This document shows positions 1-12,075 of a stretch of 32,000 nucleotides of DNA, in pieces. The stretch covers positions 420,001 to 452,000 of the forward strand of contig CP042461.1 of assembly GCA_004563595.2 (NCBI GenBank), read 5' to 3'. The notes beneath the pieces are model-generated. The model did no database searches and was not told the origin of the DNA. It was given only the letters and a program-made list of their open reading frames with translations. The stretch is from Candidatus Saccharimonadota bacterium (GTDB lineage Bacteria > Patescibacteriota > Gracilibacteria > BD1-5 > UBA6164). A program made the position numbers and the translations under genes. The stretch's first letter is position 1. Every line of letters starts with the position of its first letter.

Positions 1-1668
1 ATGTTCTCATCTTATTGGATGCATATATCATACTCATACACTAATTGTAAGAGAGCCTTTTGTTCCGGCAAATGAGAATTCAGTATCTTCAAATTTTTGT
101 CTAAGTCTTTCAGCAACCTTTAGTACGTCTCAGTCTTCAATAATAAGTACTAATTCTTCTCATCAATACCTAAATGCTCAGTCAGTTGGTCTGAGAGTAT
201 TATGTATGATTGCTCAAGCATCTCTAAGTGCATCGTCTCATCATTCATGTCAAAATGTATCATTGACCTTCTTAAAGAAGTCTATATCTACAAATATAAC
301 ACCAATATTTTTATTTTTTCTATTTGCTGTTTCGCTTGCTTTAATTATTTCTTCATTAAAGGCTCTTCTGTTACTCAGTTTTGTAAGAGGATCAATAGTA
401 GCTAACTTTTGTAATTCTTTATTATCATTTGAAAAACGACTTAATAAAGTTGCTGTGACTGAAGTAGCATTTTCTTTTAAAAATTGAGAGATAAGTTTTT
501 CTCAAGTATTATTTATGTTTAAAGCCATGAGTAGTATTTGATAAGACTCAGGTTCTAATGTGAGTTGAGGAACTTTGTTATTAATTGCTTTATAGAGTTG
601 AGTGAGAGTAAAAATATATGAAGGAGGAGTATTGTCTGAGTCAGAATTATTAATGTGATTTGCAATTCAATATATAGCACTATTCAGGTATTTGTAATCT
701 GTTCAATTTTCTAGGTTATAGTTTTCTATAACTGTCGTAACTGCAGTAAGAGTTTCTTTAATATCGTTTTCTCAGTAATCTAGATTAAGTTTTGTAAGTA
801 GAGCACCTTTATTGATCCAAAGTTCTGCTTTTGGTATATCTACATTAACCTCTTTTCATGCATTCATGCCAGATAACGCTTTGTGTGATTTTTCAATAAG
901 TTGAAGAAGTTCATCTGTTGAAGCCCTTATATCTTCAATGCTTGAGTTTTTTTCACTGATTTGAGTGCTGTGACGATTGTCTAAGTGAAATAATTGAGAT
1001 AACAATTGGATTCTATTATTTTTATCAAGGCTATTATCTTTACTTGATATATGTATTAAATATCAAAATAATTTTCTACAAAAAGAAACCATTCATAAAT
1101 AATTGTCGATAAGCCTATCGCTCTTTGAGTAAGGTATTAATAAATTATTTATTATTTCAAACATGTGAGTGAATTCTTTGTGTAGATTAGAAAAGAATTC
1201 ATGATCGACAGAATCTTTGTGTTCTATAACTTGTGTAAAGAATTTAGTTTTTTCTAATAAAAATTCTTGTAAAACAGTAAAATCTCAATAATGTAATTCT
1301 GTTATTATTTCATTGAGGGATAATTCATGATTTTTCCCTAGTCACATTAATGGAAACAAGTATGATAAATCTTCTTGCGTATGATCGTCATCTGCTATCT
1401 GGATACAATTTTTAACTAAAGTTGATAAAACTTCCATGTCTCTATGAACAAGTCAATTACTTGTGATGTTTAATTCAGAGGAGCTGAATATTTTTCTTAA
1501 TAGTTCCAGTTGATTCATCTTAGAATTATCACAATTTTCAACTTGATTTAATACTGATTTTGAAACATGGCATGTTACTGCTTCTAAACTAGATATTGTG
1601 TCGATAGGAGATGTTACCTCATCTCCTATTTCTTTTCATATTAGTATATGATTTCATTCATTACTCAT
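1..1668 (-). CDS. Diguanylate cyclase (GGDEF domain) with a ~420-aa uncharacterised N-terminal region; the 3' end runs off the window start
   Basis: With TGA=Gly the frame is open from ATG 1668 to nt 1, and an in-frame stop lies just upstream at 1672-1674. The C-terminal part reads DPLTKLSNRRAFNEE..DIDFFKKVNDTFGHEGGDDALR..RYGGEEL..TISVGVG, a canonical GGDEF fold. Both Gly of GGEEL (nt 160-165) and the G of FGH..GGD are TGA codons. Confidence 0.9.
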
Positions 1669-1689
1669 TCTTTATTTTTATTTAATATA

Positions 1690-1725
1690 TAAAAAAATAA
1701 TAACTAAAGTTATTTTAGTTATTAT
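1690..1725 (-). terminator. Rho-independent terminator after the 81-aa ORF
   Basis: A 12-bp AT-rich inverted repeat (1697-1708 / 1714-1725, 5-nt loop) is followed on the minus strand by a T-run (1690-1696). Confidence 0.5.
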
Positions 1726-1750
1726 AGGTAAAAAGACTAATTGTCAACTG

Positions 1751-1996
1751 TTAATTTATTTGATGAGTTGTTTTTATTATAGTACATTCTCAATCAATGG
1801 TTTCTCACTGTAATTCGGCAAGAAGGTCTACTGCATAATCACTTAAATTAAGAGCAAACTTTAACTCCTCTCTTTGAGTTCATCAACCAAGAATATTATG
1901 AACATTTTTTTGTGTACCATCAGTAACTCAAACATGTTGAGCTAGGGAAATTGGTAATTGTTGATGTTGTTCTGGTGATTGTTTATATGCTTCCAT
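1751..1996 (-). CDS. Hypothetical small protein (81 aa)
   Basis: ATG 1996 to TAA 1751-1753 is open only if the six in-frame TGA codons are read as sense. No motif recognised. Confidence 0.55.
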
Positions 1997-2090
1997 GATT
2001 AAATTAATTAAGAAATAATCATCTTTTACGTCTAATATACTATTGTGTTTTACTCTAAAGTCAAACTGATTTACCTTTTATTTATTCTTC

Positions 2091-2495
2091 TTACTGAAGA
2101 GTTTGATAAAGATCCATTTCTACTACTGTAAGGTCTACTCATTTTCCAAGCATTTCACCAAGCCTCTGTTTTAAAATTTTTTCTGTAATTTCTATATGCT
2201 TTTTTAGAGTGGAGTTTCTATGATGAATCGGAGCATCTAATAACTCATTTTTATAACAATCTATGAGCTCATTAATTGATTGTAATTCTTGTATCCTTCT
2301 ATATTCTTCATATGTATTATCTACATTATCTCTTACTGGAGTTATTGTTTTTTGTTCTGATAATATTGAACGTACATCTTCTATTACAGTTGTTTTTCTC
2401 GATTGTGTTAGTATTCCATGTGTACCTTCACTTGTAAACTCAAGATTTTGAGAGTTATCATTATTTTTTGGGCTTTCAGAATGTTTATCGCTCAT
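2091..2495 (-). CDS. Hypothetical protein (134 aa)
   Basis: The track ORF 2139-2495 reads through TGA 2139-2141 to TAA 2091-2093. An in-frame TAA lies upstream of ATG 2495. Confidence 0.65.
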
Positions 2496-2518
2496 ATATC
2501 CTTAGACGTTAAAATATA

Positions 2519-2884
2519 CTATCTTGTATCTCTATTATTTATCTTGAAAAATAATTCACTTAATGTTTGTTCTTCCTTTGTATTCAGTCATTCAGGGTGT
2601 TCTTGAATAACATTTACATAGCTTTTTAAAATAGAAATCGTTTCTGTTTCTCATGAACTTAGATCTGGAAAAGTACTTACTTCTCGGCCTCATTCTTTTT
2701 CTCTATTTTCCATAATAACTTTATATAAAAGTAAAGTAGGGGTATCTAGTATTATAAGGATTTTTAAAATAAAGCGAAAGATTATTAATAGGAGGAATGG
2801 ATAAAGAACTTTGGGATAATAATCTTGAGTTTTAATTGCAAAAAACAATATTATCATACAAAAAATGTGAACAAAAACGCTCAT
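2519..2884 (-). CDS. Small membrane protein (121 aa, two hydrophobic N-terminal helices)
   Basis: The track ORF 2690-2884 extends through 4 TGA codons to TAG 2519-2521. The N-terminus MSVFVHIFCMIILFFAI..LYPFLLLIIFRFILKILII is hydrophobic. Confidence 0.6.
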
Positions 2885-3089
2885 ATTTTTTAAAATACAA
2901 AAAATATACTATTATTACTTTAAATATGATATACTTTTAAGTATGAAAATAAGAAGATGGAACTATAAATCTTGCTATAATTTCATAAAATCTTAAAATA
3001 AAACATAAGAAAGTTTTGACTTAAAAATATACTCGTATATATATTGTATATATTTAAGTAAATATCTTTAATTTTATAATATTGTTCCT

Positions 3090-3467
3090 ATGGCAAAAAA
3101 GGAGTTCGAAGAAATAGTATTGGAAAAACTATCAAGTTTTGAAAATTTTCAAGGAGTTGTGATTCAAAAACTAGATACTATTGAGACTGATGTATCTGAA
3201 CTAAAAACTGATGTATCGTGACTGAAGAAAGATGTATCTGGGCTAAAGTCAGATGTTTCGATATTGAAGCATAAAGTAGATGTAATTGATGATAGAACAT
3301 CAATTATGGGAAGACAAATTGAAGTGTTAGAAGGGAGGTCATCTGTCATGGACAGAAAAATTGATGGATTATATGATCAAAACATAGAGTTACAAGCCTC
3401 TATTGACCTTAATAGTAAATATATCAATCAATCATTTGAAAAGATTTCAGAGAATAATTTTAAATAG
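3090..3467 (+). CDS. Coiled-coil protein with heptad repeats (125 aa)
   Basis: ATG 3090 to TAG 3465-3467 with one internal TGA. Sequence MAKKEFEEIVLEKL..TDVSELK TDVSGLK KDVSGLK SDVSILK.. Confidence 0.75.
3186..3269 (+). repeat. Four tandem 21-nt (7-codon) repeats inside the coiled-coil gene
   Basis: Repeat units are actgatgtatctgaactaaaa / actgatgtatcgtgactgaag / aaagatgtatctgggctaaag / tcagatgtttcgatattgaag. TGA at 3219-3221 sits at the repeat position that is GGG (Gly) in the next unit. Confidence 0.85.
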
Positions 3468-3634
3468 AATTTTAATTCTCTATGAAAATAACTTTTATAA
3501 GCTGAAGTAACATAAATAATTAAAACGTCAAGCTAAAAAGAGTATATTTTTCGTTTTGTTAATGTCCTGTTAATGTCTGATGAGTATAATCTTTTTGTTC
3601 AAGGGTCGAGGAGGAAACTTGATACATAAAAAAA

Positions 3635-3668
3635 GAAGATAGGAGAGGAGGCCTGCCTTCTTTTTTTT
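3635..3668. terminator. Bidirectional terminator between convergent genes
   Basis: Stem gaagatagg (3635-3643) / cctgccttc (3652-3660) has one mismatch and an 8-nt loop. It is flanked by an A-run upstream and T8 (3661-3668) downstream. Confidence 0.55.
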
Positions 3669-3776
3669 GTGTTGATTTTAGGTGTGCCTAACAGTAATAT
3701 TGGAGAAGGCAATTAACAGTATTTTCTCTGTTTATAAATATTATTTATATGGAATGATTATTTATTTTAAAAGTAA

Positions 3777-4595
3777 CTAAAAAATACTCACTAGTTTTGT
3801 AAATGATTGTATCACACTTTTTTTATCTCACTTCAATCATACTATCTTGTGCATCAAAATATTATCAATACATCAAAACAAAAAATTATCATATGCAACA
3901 GTATAAGTAAGATCAAGGTTATCTATAAAATCAGAATAAAAATACTTTATATCACTGTACAATAAAGCGAGCCTATCTTCTAGAGTTGTATCTTCTAAAA
4001 ACTCTAACTTTGTTTGATATTCTGTGAAAAAATCTTTTCATCACTTGATCCAAAAATTATTTAATATTTTTAATTCTTTATTTTCTTCTAAGAGATTCTC
4101 TTTATCGAAAACATTTCACTCTAATAAATTTCTTAAATTTTTATAATCGTTTTTCTGTATATTCTCAATATTTAGTAGAGAAGTAAATCATTCTGACTCA
4201 CTGGCTGGCTTAAAAATTATAAATAGATATAAAAGCATTTCCATTTTTATATCTTTTCACCTGTTTTCCCAGTTTGAATAAATGTTATTGAAATCTGAAA
4301 TTAAATTCACTGCATGAATATCTGACGGTACAATATTTTTTAAAAGACCTTGCCTTCTGAGAGGAGTTAAATTTGTAGAATCGTAGACTATACTTTCCAT
4401 TCATGCATTTATATAATTATTTATTTTTTTATAAGAGTTATTTACTCATATAATATTTAATTCATTTTGAGTATAATTATTGTTTTGTAATATTGCTATT
4501 TCATCATCACTGCTCACGATCTTAGAATCTTTATATCATTGCAAGTACGTTGTTTTTCCACTACATGGAGGTCAAACTAATATTGTTAGGCTCAT
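3777..4595 (-). CDS. P-loop NTPase/kinase (AAA_33 / polynucleotide-kinase-like N-terminal domain) with an unknown C-terminal half (272 aa)
   Basis: MSLTILVGPPCSGKTTYL is a Walker A motif whose first Gly is TGA. Downstream ..VYDSTNLTPLRRQGLL.. resembles small kinase folds. The frame was checked codon by codon. ATG 4595 overlaps the upstream stop by 1 nt (TAATG). Confidence 0.75.
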
Positions 4596-5488
4596 TATAT
4601 AATTTCTAAATTATAATTACTCATTCCTTTTGTTGAGTACATATTTCCATCACTTCAAATAATAACTCAATCAATATTTTTTTTCTTCAGGAAATCAAGA
4701 GATTTCTCTGTTCCCATGGCAATACAGGCAGTAGCATATGCATCACAGACATAACAACTATCTGCAATAAGTGTTATACTCACTATTTCATTATTGTTAT
4801 CATTTGATTCCGGAGTGAGTATATGATGAAAATTCTCATCATCAATACTCCATTTTCTTTTATATGTTCAGGATGTGGAAACCGCTTTGTCTTTTATTTC
4901 CAAAGTAGAAAAAATTTCATCTGCATTAAAAGGATTATCGATGGCAACTACAGGATTTGTTCATGATGCATTTACTCAGAAAAGTGAGATATCTCAACCA
5001 GCATTCACAATGAAATTTGAGTATCATATCTCTTTTAAGTATTTTGAAACGAGATCTACTGTATATCATTTCACTATTCAACCTAAGTCTAGGTTTTGAT
5101 TTTCTTGTAATGTAACATTATTTCAACTGATTCATACTTTTTCTAAATCCAAATCATTGATCTCTTGCTTTTTTTCAAAAATTCATTTTCAAAAATCAGA
5201 TGAGTATCAAATGTTTTTCAGATTAACAAGGGGATTAAAAAATCATGCACTTTCTCTATATGTTTGCATTGATAACTCTAATACATTGATAAATCTATTA
5301 CTGACTACTCATTCTTTTTTTGTGTTTAATAAAAATAAGTCTGAATCTTTTGAAAATCTAGAAAACTCTCTTTCAATAGAATAAAAAATACCAAAAGCAT
5401 TATAGATATCCTCTAAGGGATTGTTATCTGAAATGATGGTTATATTTATATCAGTTCACATTAAAAACTGTTTTCTTGAATATTGCAT
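4595..5488 (-). CDS. apbE: ApbE-family FAD:protein FMN transferase (297 aa)
   Basis: Motifs GGIVKGYTVD, NAGGDISL, TSGTYKRKW, HHILTP and CDAYATAC are present in the order typical of ApbE/Ftp. Many of the conserved Gly are TGA. Confidence 0.85.
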
Positions 5489-5496
5489 GTACAGCT

Positions 5497-6756
5497 CTAT
5501 TTAAATATTATTTTAAACTCAGTTCAACTTCCTTTTTCACTTTTTACTTCTAATTTGTAATCTAAAATATTAGTTATTTTTTTTACGATATTGAGTCAGA
5601 CTCAATATCACTTTCATTTTGTATTTGCTCTATAGAAGCTATCAAATATTTTAGATAAGTTTTTTTTGCTGATGCCTACTCAACTGTCTTTAATAGTAAG
5701 AGTGTTTTTATCAAAGATAATACTTATTTTTCATCACTGTTTGTTGTATTTAAATGCATTATCTAAAATATTTTTTATGAGTATTTCAACGAGTTTTTTA
5801 TTTGTGGTGAGAAGAATACTTCCCGGTATTTTCTCGACTATTTTTATGCCTTTTGAATGATAGATTTTTTTTAAGATATCTGTCTTTTCTTTTATAATGC
5901 TTGAAATATCTATAGTATTTTTTTTAATGTCTCACTTAAAATTTTCTATTTTTGAAATGAATAAAAATGTTTCAAGGAGCTCATTGAGTACATCAATTTG
6001 TCTTTCAATTTTACCAAATGATTCATTGTTTTTTCAGGAGAGTATGAGATATTCAAGCTCACTTGAAATAACCATAAGCGGAGTTTTAAATTCGTGTGCT
6101 ACTTGAGAGTTAAAATCTTTCAGACTCTTTGTGTTTTGTTCAATGATATCTAAGAAATTATTAATAGAATCTACTATTGTATTTATTTCATCATTCTTAT
6201 TTAAATGTAAGTCAATTTTTTCAACATGGTTTAAATCGATATCTTTTAATTTTTTTGAAATATAAAAAATATCTTTTAAAGCTAACTTTGTGAATAAAAG
6301 CTTTGAAATAATAAAAGATAATATTGTGAAAATAAACAATAGTAATACCCCTATTTTTATTCATCTTACTTGTGAGTAAGCATGTGTTGATACATCGTAA
6401 GGAATAAGTATGTCTCAAAACTTTGTTTCTTGTTGATGAATAACAAAGAATAAGTCTTCTCTAGAATATATCTCCAAAAATACTTGGTTATATTGTTCTC
6501 TATGAGATCATTGAGAGAAATATCATCATAGCTCACTGAGTTCTTTTAACATTTTTTTTCGTTGTATAGTTATATCAGAGCTTTCCTCTAATACTTCAGC
6601 ATATTCACTCTCCATTTTTTTTGTTATATCATTTCTTTCTTCATCATACCATGCAAAAAAGGATAATACGTTTAAGAGTATCAGTATCGTTCATACTATA
6701 AAAAAGGTAAATATCGAAAATATCATTGATATCCTTGTCGAAGTTTTAATTTTCAT
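5497..6756 (-). CDS. Sensor histidine kinase (419 aa; two TM segments, HisKA + HATPase_c)
   Basis: H-box SQVAHEFKTPL, N-box DNAFKYN, G1 DSGVGI and G2 GKGYGVGLNIV are present, with TGA at the conserved Gly. The start overlaps the regulator gene by 11 nt. Confidence 0.92.
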
Positions 6757-7408
6757 CTGTATGTATTATAGAATAACCAAATCATTTTATAGTTTTTATT
6801 ATATCTTTTCCTAACTTTTTTCTGAGAGAATAAATATATACATCTAATTTATTATCACCTCAGAATAATTCTTGAGATCACCAAATATGCTCAATTAAAT
6901 CTGATTTTGAAACGGTGTTATTCTTGTATATGAATTCTAAAACTAAAAACTCTTTTGTTTTTAATGAGATTATTGTATTATTTTTTTTAATAATTTTTTT
7001 AGTAAAATCGACTCATATATCTCATAATATTATTACTTCATCAATATGTAGTCTTTTTGCAATAGCCTTTATTCTTGCTTGTAATTCTCTGACTTTAAAA
7101 GGTTTTACAATGTAATCATCAGCTCCAGATTCGAGTCATAATATTTTATCATCATCTTCTCATCTAGCTGTCATCATGATGATTGGTACTTCACTTTTTA
7201 ATCGTATTCGGTTACATAATGTTATCCCGTCTATTTTAGGGAGCATTAAATCGAGTAGAATTAAATCATATTCTCAAAGTAAGAATTCTTTTATTCCTTC
7301 TTCTCAATCAAATTTCTGAGTAATTAAGAAATTCGTATTTTCATATTCTAATACTTTTTTTATATTTTCTGATATGTCTTTATTATCTTCTATGAGTAAT
7401 ATTTTCAT
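6746..7408 (-). CDS. OmpR/PhoB-family response regulator (220 aa)
   Basis: Receiver domain [31 protein letters not shown], followed by a winged-helix domain ..[34 protein letters not shown]. Confidence 0.92.
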
Positions 7409-7533
7409 AATGTAGGAGTTACGATCTATTCGTTCTGTTCTCGGTTGTCTCTCATTTTATCCATTTTTCATTGGTTACTAAATTTTTTTTCATTTTTCTG
7501 TTCATCTATATTTTCCTTCTGAAACATATTTTA

Positions 7534-8451
7534 TTAACTTGCTGAAGTAGTTGTATCTGCTTTTTCTTGGGCAGCTTTTTGTGCTGCGATTCTTGCTTGT
7601 TCAGTTGCGATAGCATTGAGTCTATCAGTTTCTATCTTTGCCAGTCTTTCAGCCTCTTTTTCTGCTGCTAACCTTTTTTCTCTTTCAATTTTTCATTGTT
7701 CAATTTTTCTTTTTGTTTCTTCTCGTTCTTTTGTCAGGGCTATTTTTTTATCTGCTTCTATTTTTGCGAGTCTTGCTCTCTCATCTGCTTCAGCTAAGGC
7801 CTCATTATTAGCATTTTCTTTTATAATAGCTTCATTTCTAGCTATCTGCGCTGCTTTTTTTTCAAGACTGAGATTAATAGCATCAATATATACAAGAATT
7901 TTCTCTTGGATTAAGATATTTAGCTCTGAGAATAGAAGTTTCTTTTTTTCGTATTTATAAATCATGTTTTCTTCATCTGTGCTTGTTATATTTGATTCAA
8001 GAGAAAATATTTTTTCATCAATTAATTCATTCAGTCTTTTGTATATACTTAATTTTCTTGTATCAGCACTATATTTGTTATTAATATTGTGAGAAAATGT
8101 ATCTAATTTATCTCTCAATATTGTTTTTTCACTTTCTGAGAGTATGACCTTCTTCTTTTCTATTGTTTTTTTCACTTCTAAAACTGGATTATTATCTGAT
8201 ACTGCAGTATTTGGATGAGTATATGTCTTGTGATAATCTCAACCGGATTCTTTTTCATATGACCAACCACTTTCTTTGCCTCAACTTTCTGCATAAGATG
8301 CGTCTATTAGTGATATATTCAATTTTTTAACGCTCCAAAAGTTATCAAGGTCACTGTCTTGTAGTGAGATTACTCATCAAAACGATAGAGTAGATACAAA
8401 AAATATACTTCAAATAGCGATTACTTTTACAAGGGATTTTTTTAACTTCAT
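7534..8451 (-). CDS. Secreted or membrane-anchored coiled-coil protein, Ala/Glu/Lys-rich C-terminus (305 aa)
   Basis: The N-terminal hydrophobic segment MKLKKSLVKVIAIGSIFFVSTLSFGGV looks like a signal or anchor. The C-terminus has repeated ..ERARLAKIEADKK.. / ..AERLAKIETDRL... The track ORF 7693-8175 extends in both directions through TGA. Confidence 0.75.
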
Positions 8452-8583
8452 ATTACACAAATTATATTATAAACTATTTATAAATGCTATAATAATGAGC
8501 AACATGAATTTAAAATGAATTTGAGAATTTAATGACAAATGTCGTTGATTTCTAATTATTTTTATTAAAAAAATAGAAAAAAC

Positions 8584-8612
8584 TTGACAGGGTTACTATA
8601 AAGAATTATAAT
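8584..8612 (+). promoter_or_regulatory. Consensus sigma70-type promoter
   Basis: TTGACA (8584-8589), a 17-nt spacer, then TATAAT (8607-8612). It lies ~55 nt upstream of the next CDS. Confidence 0.6.
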
Positions 8613-8671
8613 GACTATGTCATTTTTTCTGAAGCTATTTTCAGAGATAATATTTTGATAACTTTGTGATT

Positions 8672-10072
8672 ATGACGACTCAAAAACAGTCATCAGATTT
8701 AGGAATGAATCAAGGTCAACAAGAATCAACACCTTTGAAAAGTAAATTTTCAGAGGGCTTTCAACGTGCTCAATCTGAGATTAGTAAAATTGCAAAAGCT
8801 GCAGTTGTCACTCTTGCAGCAACAACTGCTACTCAAGCTTTGGCAAATGAAGTAAAAGGGAATACAGATAAAATATTATTGGCTCAGGTGTCTCCTGTAG
8901 ATGTTATAGCTCCTGAGCTTCAAGATATCGTTTCGGATCAGTTCATCGTTGATGCTCAGTCTGAAGAGATTGAACAAGATACATCCATCAATTTAGAGAG
9001 TTTTATATTAAGGCCCGCGTATGAGCCATACAAGTGAGTAGTGTCAGATGCGTATGTAAACTTAGAAGAAATAGATCCAAACTTTGTGGTGCCATCAAGT
9101 ATTCATACTATTGAAGACTTTCATACATTACTTTCAAGTATTGCTGTGGTTCGTGATTCAAGTAGGATACAAGAATGGAGAGACAAGATGGATATATTAG
9201 TTGTGGAAAATCCTTCTCTCTTTCAAACATATCTTCAATCAGTAAATGCTTATCGTGCTACTCTTCAAAATGAAGATGTAGAGACAGTAAATCCAATGGT
9301 TCCAGAAAAGATTGTTACTTCTCTTGGTACTATTATTACTGAAAAATTTTCAGATATGGAGACGAAGAAAAGGCAATTAGAATATGCTCAAGATATATAT
9401 ACTGTATTAGCTATTTTTACTAAAACAGGTGATTTTGACTGAGTATTTGACCTTGCTTGAGCTCAAAGAATAGAGAATGAAGATTCATGAGCATGATATT
9501 CTTCAATTGAATTGACTCCAGAAAGGATAGAATTCCTCTTATCAATTTGAAAAAATATTTCAATGGAAGATGTTCTTTGATTGAATAAACTTCATGAAGA
9601 ATTACTTGCTGATGTAGAATCAGCATTAGATTATTATTCTGAATTACTTCATTTGCCAGTTATAGAGTGACAGGAAGAAACTCTTTTAGAAATATGAGAT
9701 ATAGTGAGAGCTGGGATTCAAGAACAAATTCAGTGAACGTTACTCAGTGAGAAATATGTAACAGGAAGATATTCGGAAAAAACAGATGAATGGAAAGAAA
9801 AAAAGGCTAAAAGAACGGTGTTAACAAGATTAAATGGGTTTTTCAAATGAGTTCAAAACTCTAGTTCAGAATACTTATTAAAATATTCTCCAGAATTTAC
9901 TCAAAACTTACTTAATTCAGAGGAACAAATCCTTACAATGAACCCATCACTTCAATGAGTATTTAATAAACTTTCTGTCACTCAGAGTAAAGATAATATA
10001 GTAAAGTTAAAAGAAATAAATAAAAATTTAGGAAAAATAAAAAAAGATTTTATACAGCTTACGTGAAGGTAA
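8672..10072 (+). CDS. Hypothetical secreted protein (466 aa from ATG 8672; GTG 8666 is also possible)
   Basis: Track ORFs 8666-9037 and 9041-9442 are one frame joined by TGA and continue to TAA 10070-10072. The N-terminus ..KIAKAAVVTLAATTATQALANE resembles a signal peptide with an AxA site. No family recognised. Confidence 0.7.
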
Positions 10073-10171
10073 ATTATTAACACGAAGTAATATTAGTTGT
10101 CAATAGAAATAACTCTCTTTTTATAAGGGAATATGGTAAGATATTATAAGATTATTTATAATATCTTTTTT

Positions 10172-11884
10172 ATGGCATTTGAAGGAGCAAATACATATCC
10201 TGAGCAAGTTGAACAGATATGAAATATTCAGGAAAAAAGTGAACAATTAATTCATCCAGAGATAGATGAATTAATATCTTTGTTACGTAATGATTTTGAC
10301 TGGAATGATGATTTTTGAGATCAAGAAGCAGAGTTATTGAAATTTCAAAAGTATGTAAATTCTTTGGATGATGAGAAAAAGCAATATATTATAAAAACCT
10401 TTTGATCTGTAGAGGAACCTTGAGCTGATCCTGAAAGAATATGAGATGATATATATGATAATGGATATATTATTTCTGATATATCTTTTTTACATTTTTC
10501 TACTGAATTTTGAGCAAACTTTGAAGAAGCATCAAATGAAGAGAAAGTTAAGTATGATCAAGATGAAGTTTGATATGAACAGGAAAATATAAAATTAATG
10601 AATGAAATTTCTGAAGCATTAGGGCGTTTACCGGAAGTATTATGATTAAGAGGGGCTAATTTAGAATGAGAAGCTGGAAGGAAATTAAATACTCTTATCA
10701 AGGAGTGGAATCTTAAAAAACCTGGTGATGATGTTCAGGATATTCTTAAATTACAAAAAGAGTTTCTTGATATATTAAAGAATAATCCTGCAGAAAGAGA
10801 AGCTTTATTAGGAGCTATATACAAAGATCCAGAGCTATATAACAGCTTGAAATCATATGTGATTGCTTTAGATTCTAGCTTTGAAGCTACATTTAAGGTG
10901 TATGAAAATCTCCACCCAGCGAATCCGATTGAGGGAACTATAATTAAATGAGCATTTTCTAATAACAATATTGAAAGAAATGGAGATATGCTTGAATCTG
11001 AGGTATGAAACGGTCAAAAAATTGTCTTAGATCTCTCAAAAATCCCACCAGAAAGATTTATCAGTAATGGGACCTTTTCACTCAAAACAAAATTATCTAT
11101 TTGAGAATTTTATCCAGCAATATCAGAGTATTGAATCGCATTTGAAAATGCACAAAAAGAAACCCTTCCACAAAATGCTCGTTTAGAATCTGCTAAAAAC
11201 TACCTTGAAAGCCCCGAATTTCAAAATAGTGACCTCAATGTAACAAAGAGAAGATTACTTGTAATCCTAGGAGAAGAATTATCGAATGAACTCTGAGTAA
11301 CATTTGCCTCTTCCAAAGAAATACTCTCAAACAAACTCTCAAGTATAAACCAAAAAATAAAAGAGAATACAGACCTCCTTTCTCAGCTAGAATATGAGTA
11401 TCAAAATGCACTTGAATGATATCTTTCTGCTTATAGAAAAACAATGGAGCAAAAAGACCTCATCACTCGTGAAGCATTAGGATTTATAACAACTCTCGGA
11501 CTTGATATAATCATGACTCAAACTCAATTAACAGAAATCTTAGCAAGAATTAAGAGATGAGATCTCAAGCTTAATTTATGAGTCAGTTTTGACCCACAAA
11601 ATACTAATCTCGCAGAGTGAAATTTCTGAGAACCAAGAAATGAAGACAACAGAGATCAGTTTAGATGAAATATGACAAGGTTTGCGAATAAAATCCTCTG
11701 ACTCTCACCTGAATGATTGAATCAGGATGGAGAAATGACTTGATTTGATATAGAAACCTATAGAAAACTTGAGAATTGAGCGCAACCCAAGATGGGAACA
11801 GAACTCACTGCTTTATATGAAAATGCATGACTCTCTTCTGAAAAAGTAGGAATTGATAGGATTGTTGAGAATTTGAAATGATAA
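10172..11884 (+). CDS. Hypothetical acidic protein (570 aa)
   Basis: ATG 10172 to TAA 11882-11884 is open with roughly 35-40 in-frame TGA codons and no TAA/TAG. No family recognised. Confidence 0.7.
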
Positions 11885-11892
11885 GGGGAGAA

Positions 11893-11930
11893 ATAAAAGA
11901 GCTTATTCAGTGAAGAATATGCTCTTTTAT
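11893..11930. terminator. Bidirectional terminator hairpin
   Basis: ataaaagagc (11893-11902) pairs with gctcttttat (11921-11930), with an inner tattc/gaata extension. It has A/T runs on both sides and lies between the convergent CDS and the tRNA. Confidence 0.6.
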
Positions 11931-11943
11931 TGTGGTTGAAATT

Positions 11944-12021
11944 TGGTACCAGTGGGTGGAGTCGAACCACCGACCTCAGGGTTATGAGTCCTGCGCCACT
12001 AACCAACTGTGCTACACTGGT
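11944..12021 (-). tRNA. tRNA with CAU anticodon (Met elongator type or lysidine-Ile2; not resolved)
   Basis: Minus-strand cloverleaf with a 7-bp acceptor stem ACCAGTG/CACTGGT, discriminator A and encoded CCA. The D-arm is GCAC-AGTTGGTTA-GTGG and the anticodon loop is CTCATAA. The T-arm GGTGG-TTCGACT-CCACC is perfect. Total length is 78 nt, and the A31/C39 and G10/G25 positions are non-canonical. Confidence 0.85.
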
Positions 12022-12075
12022 ATATTAGAAGTAATATAATTATATGTATTAATTGTAATATGTATAATTAGTTTC

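Noticed and set aside
3556-3668. A ~65-nt small RNA between a TATAAT box (3585-3590) and the 3635-3668 terminator.
   Set aside because: No acceptable -35 element occurs at 16-18-nt spacing, and the hairpin is adequately explained as a bidirectional terminator for the convergent flanking genes.
11944-12021. The tRNA as the UGA-decoding tRNA-Gly(UCA), or as an initiator tRNA.
   Set aside because: Reading TCA as the anticodon requires a loop register that destroys the anticodon stem and puts C at position 33. With the CAT anticodon, pair 1:72 is a normal A-U and the anticodon stem lacks the three consecutive G-C pairs typical of initiators.
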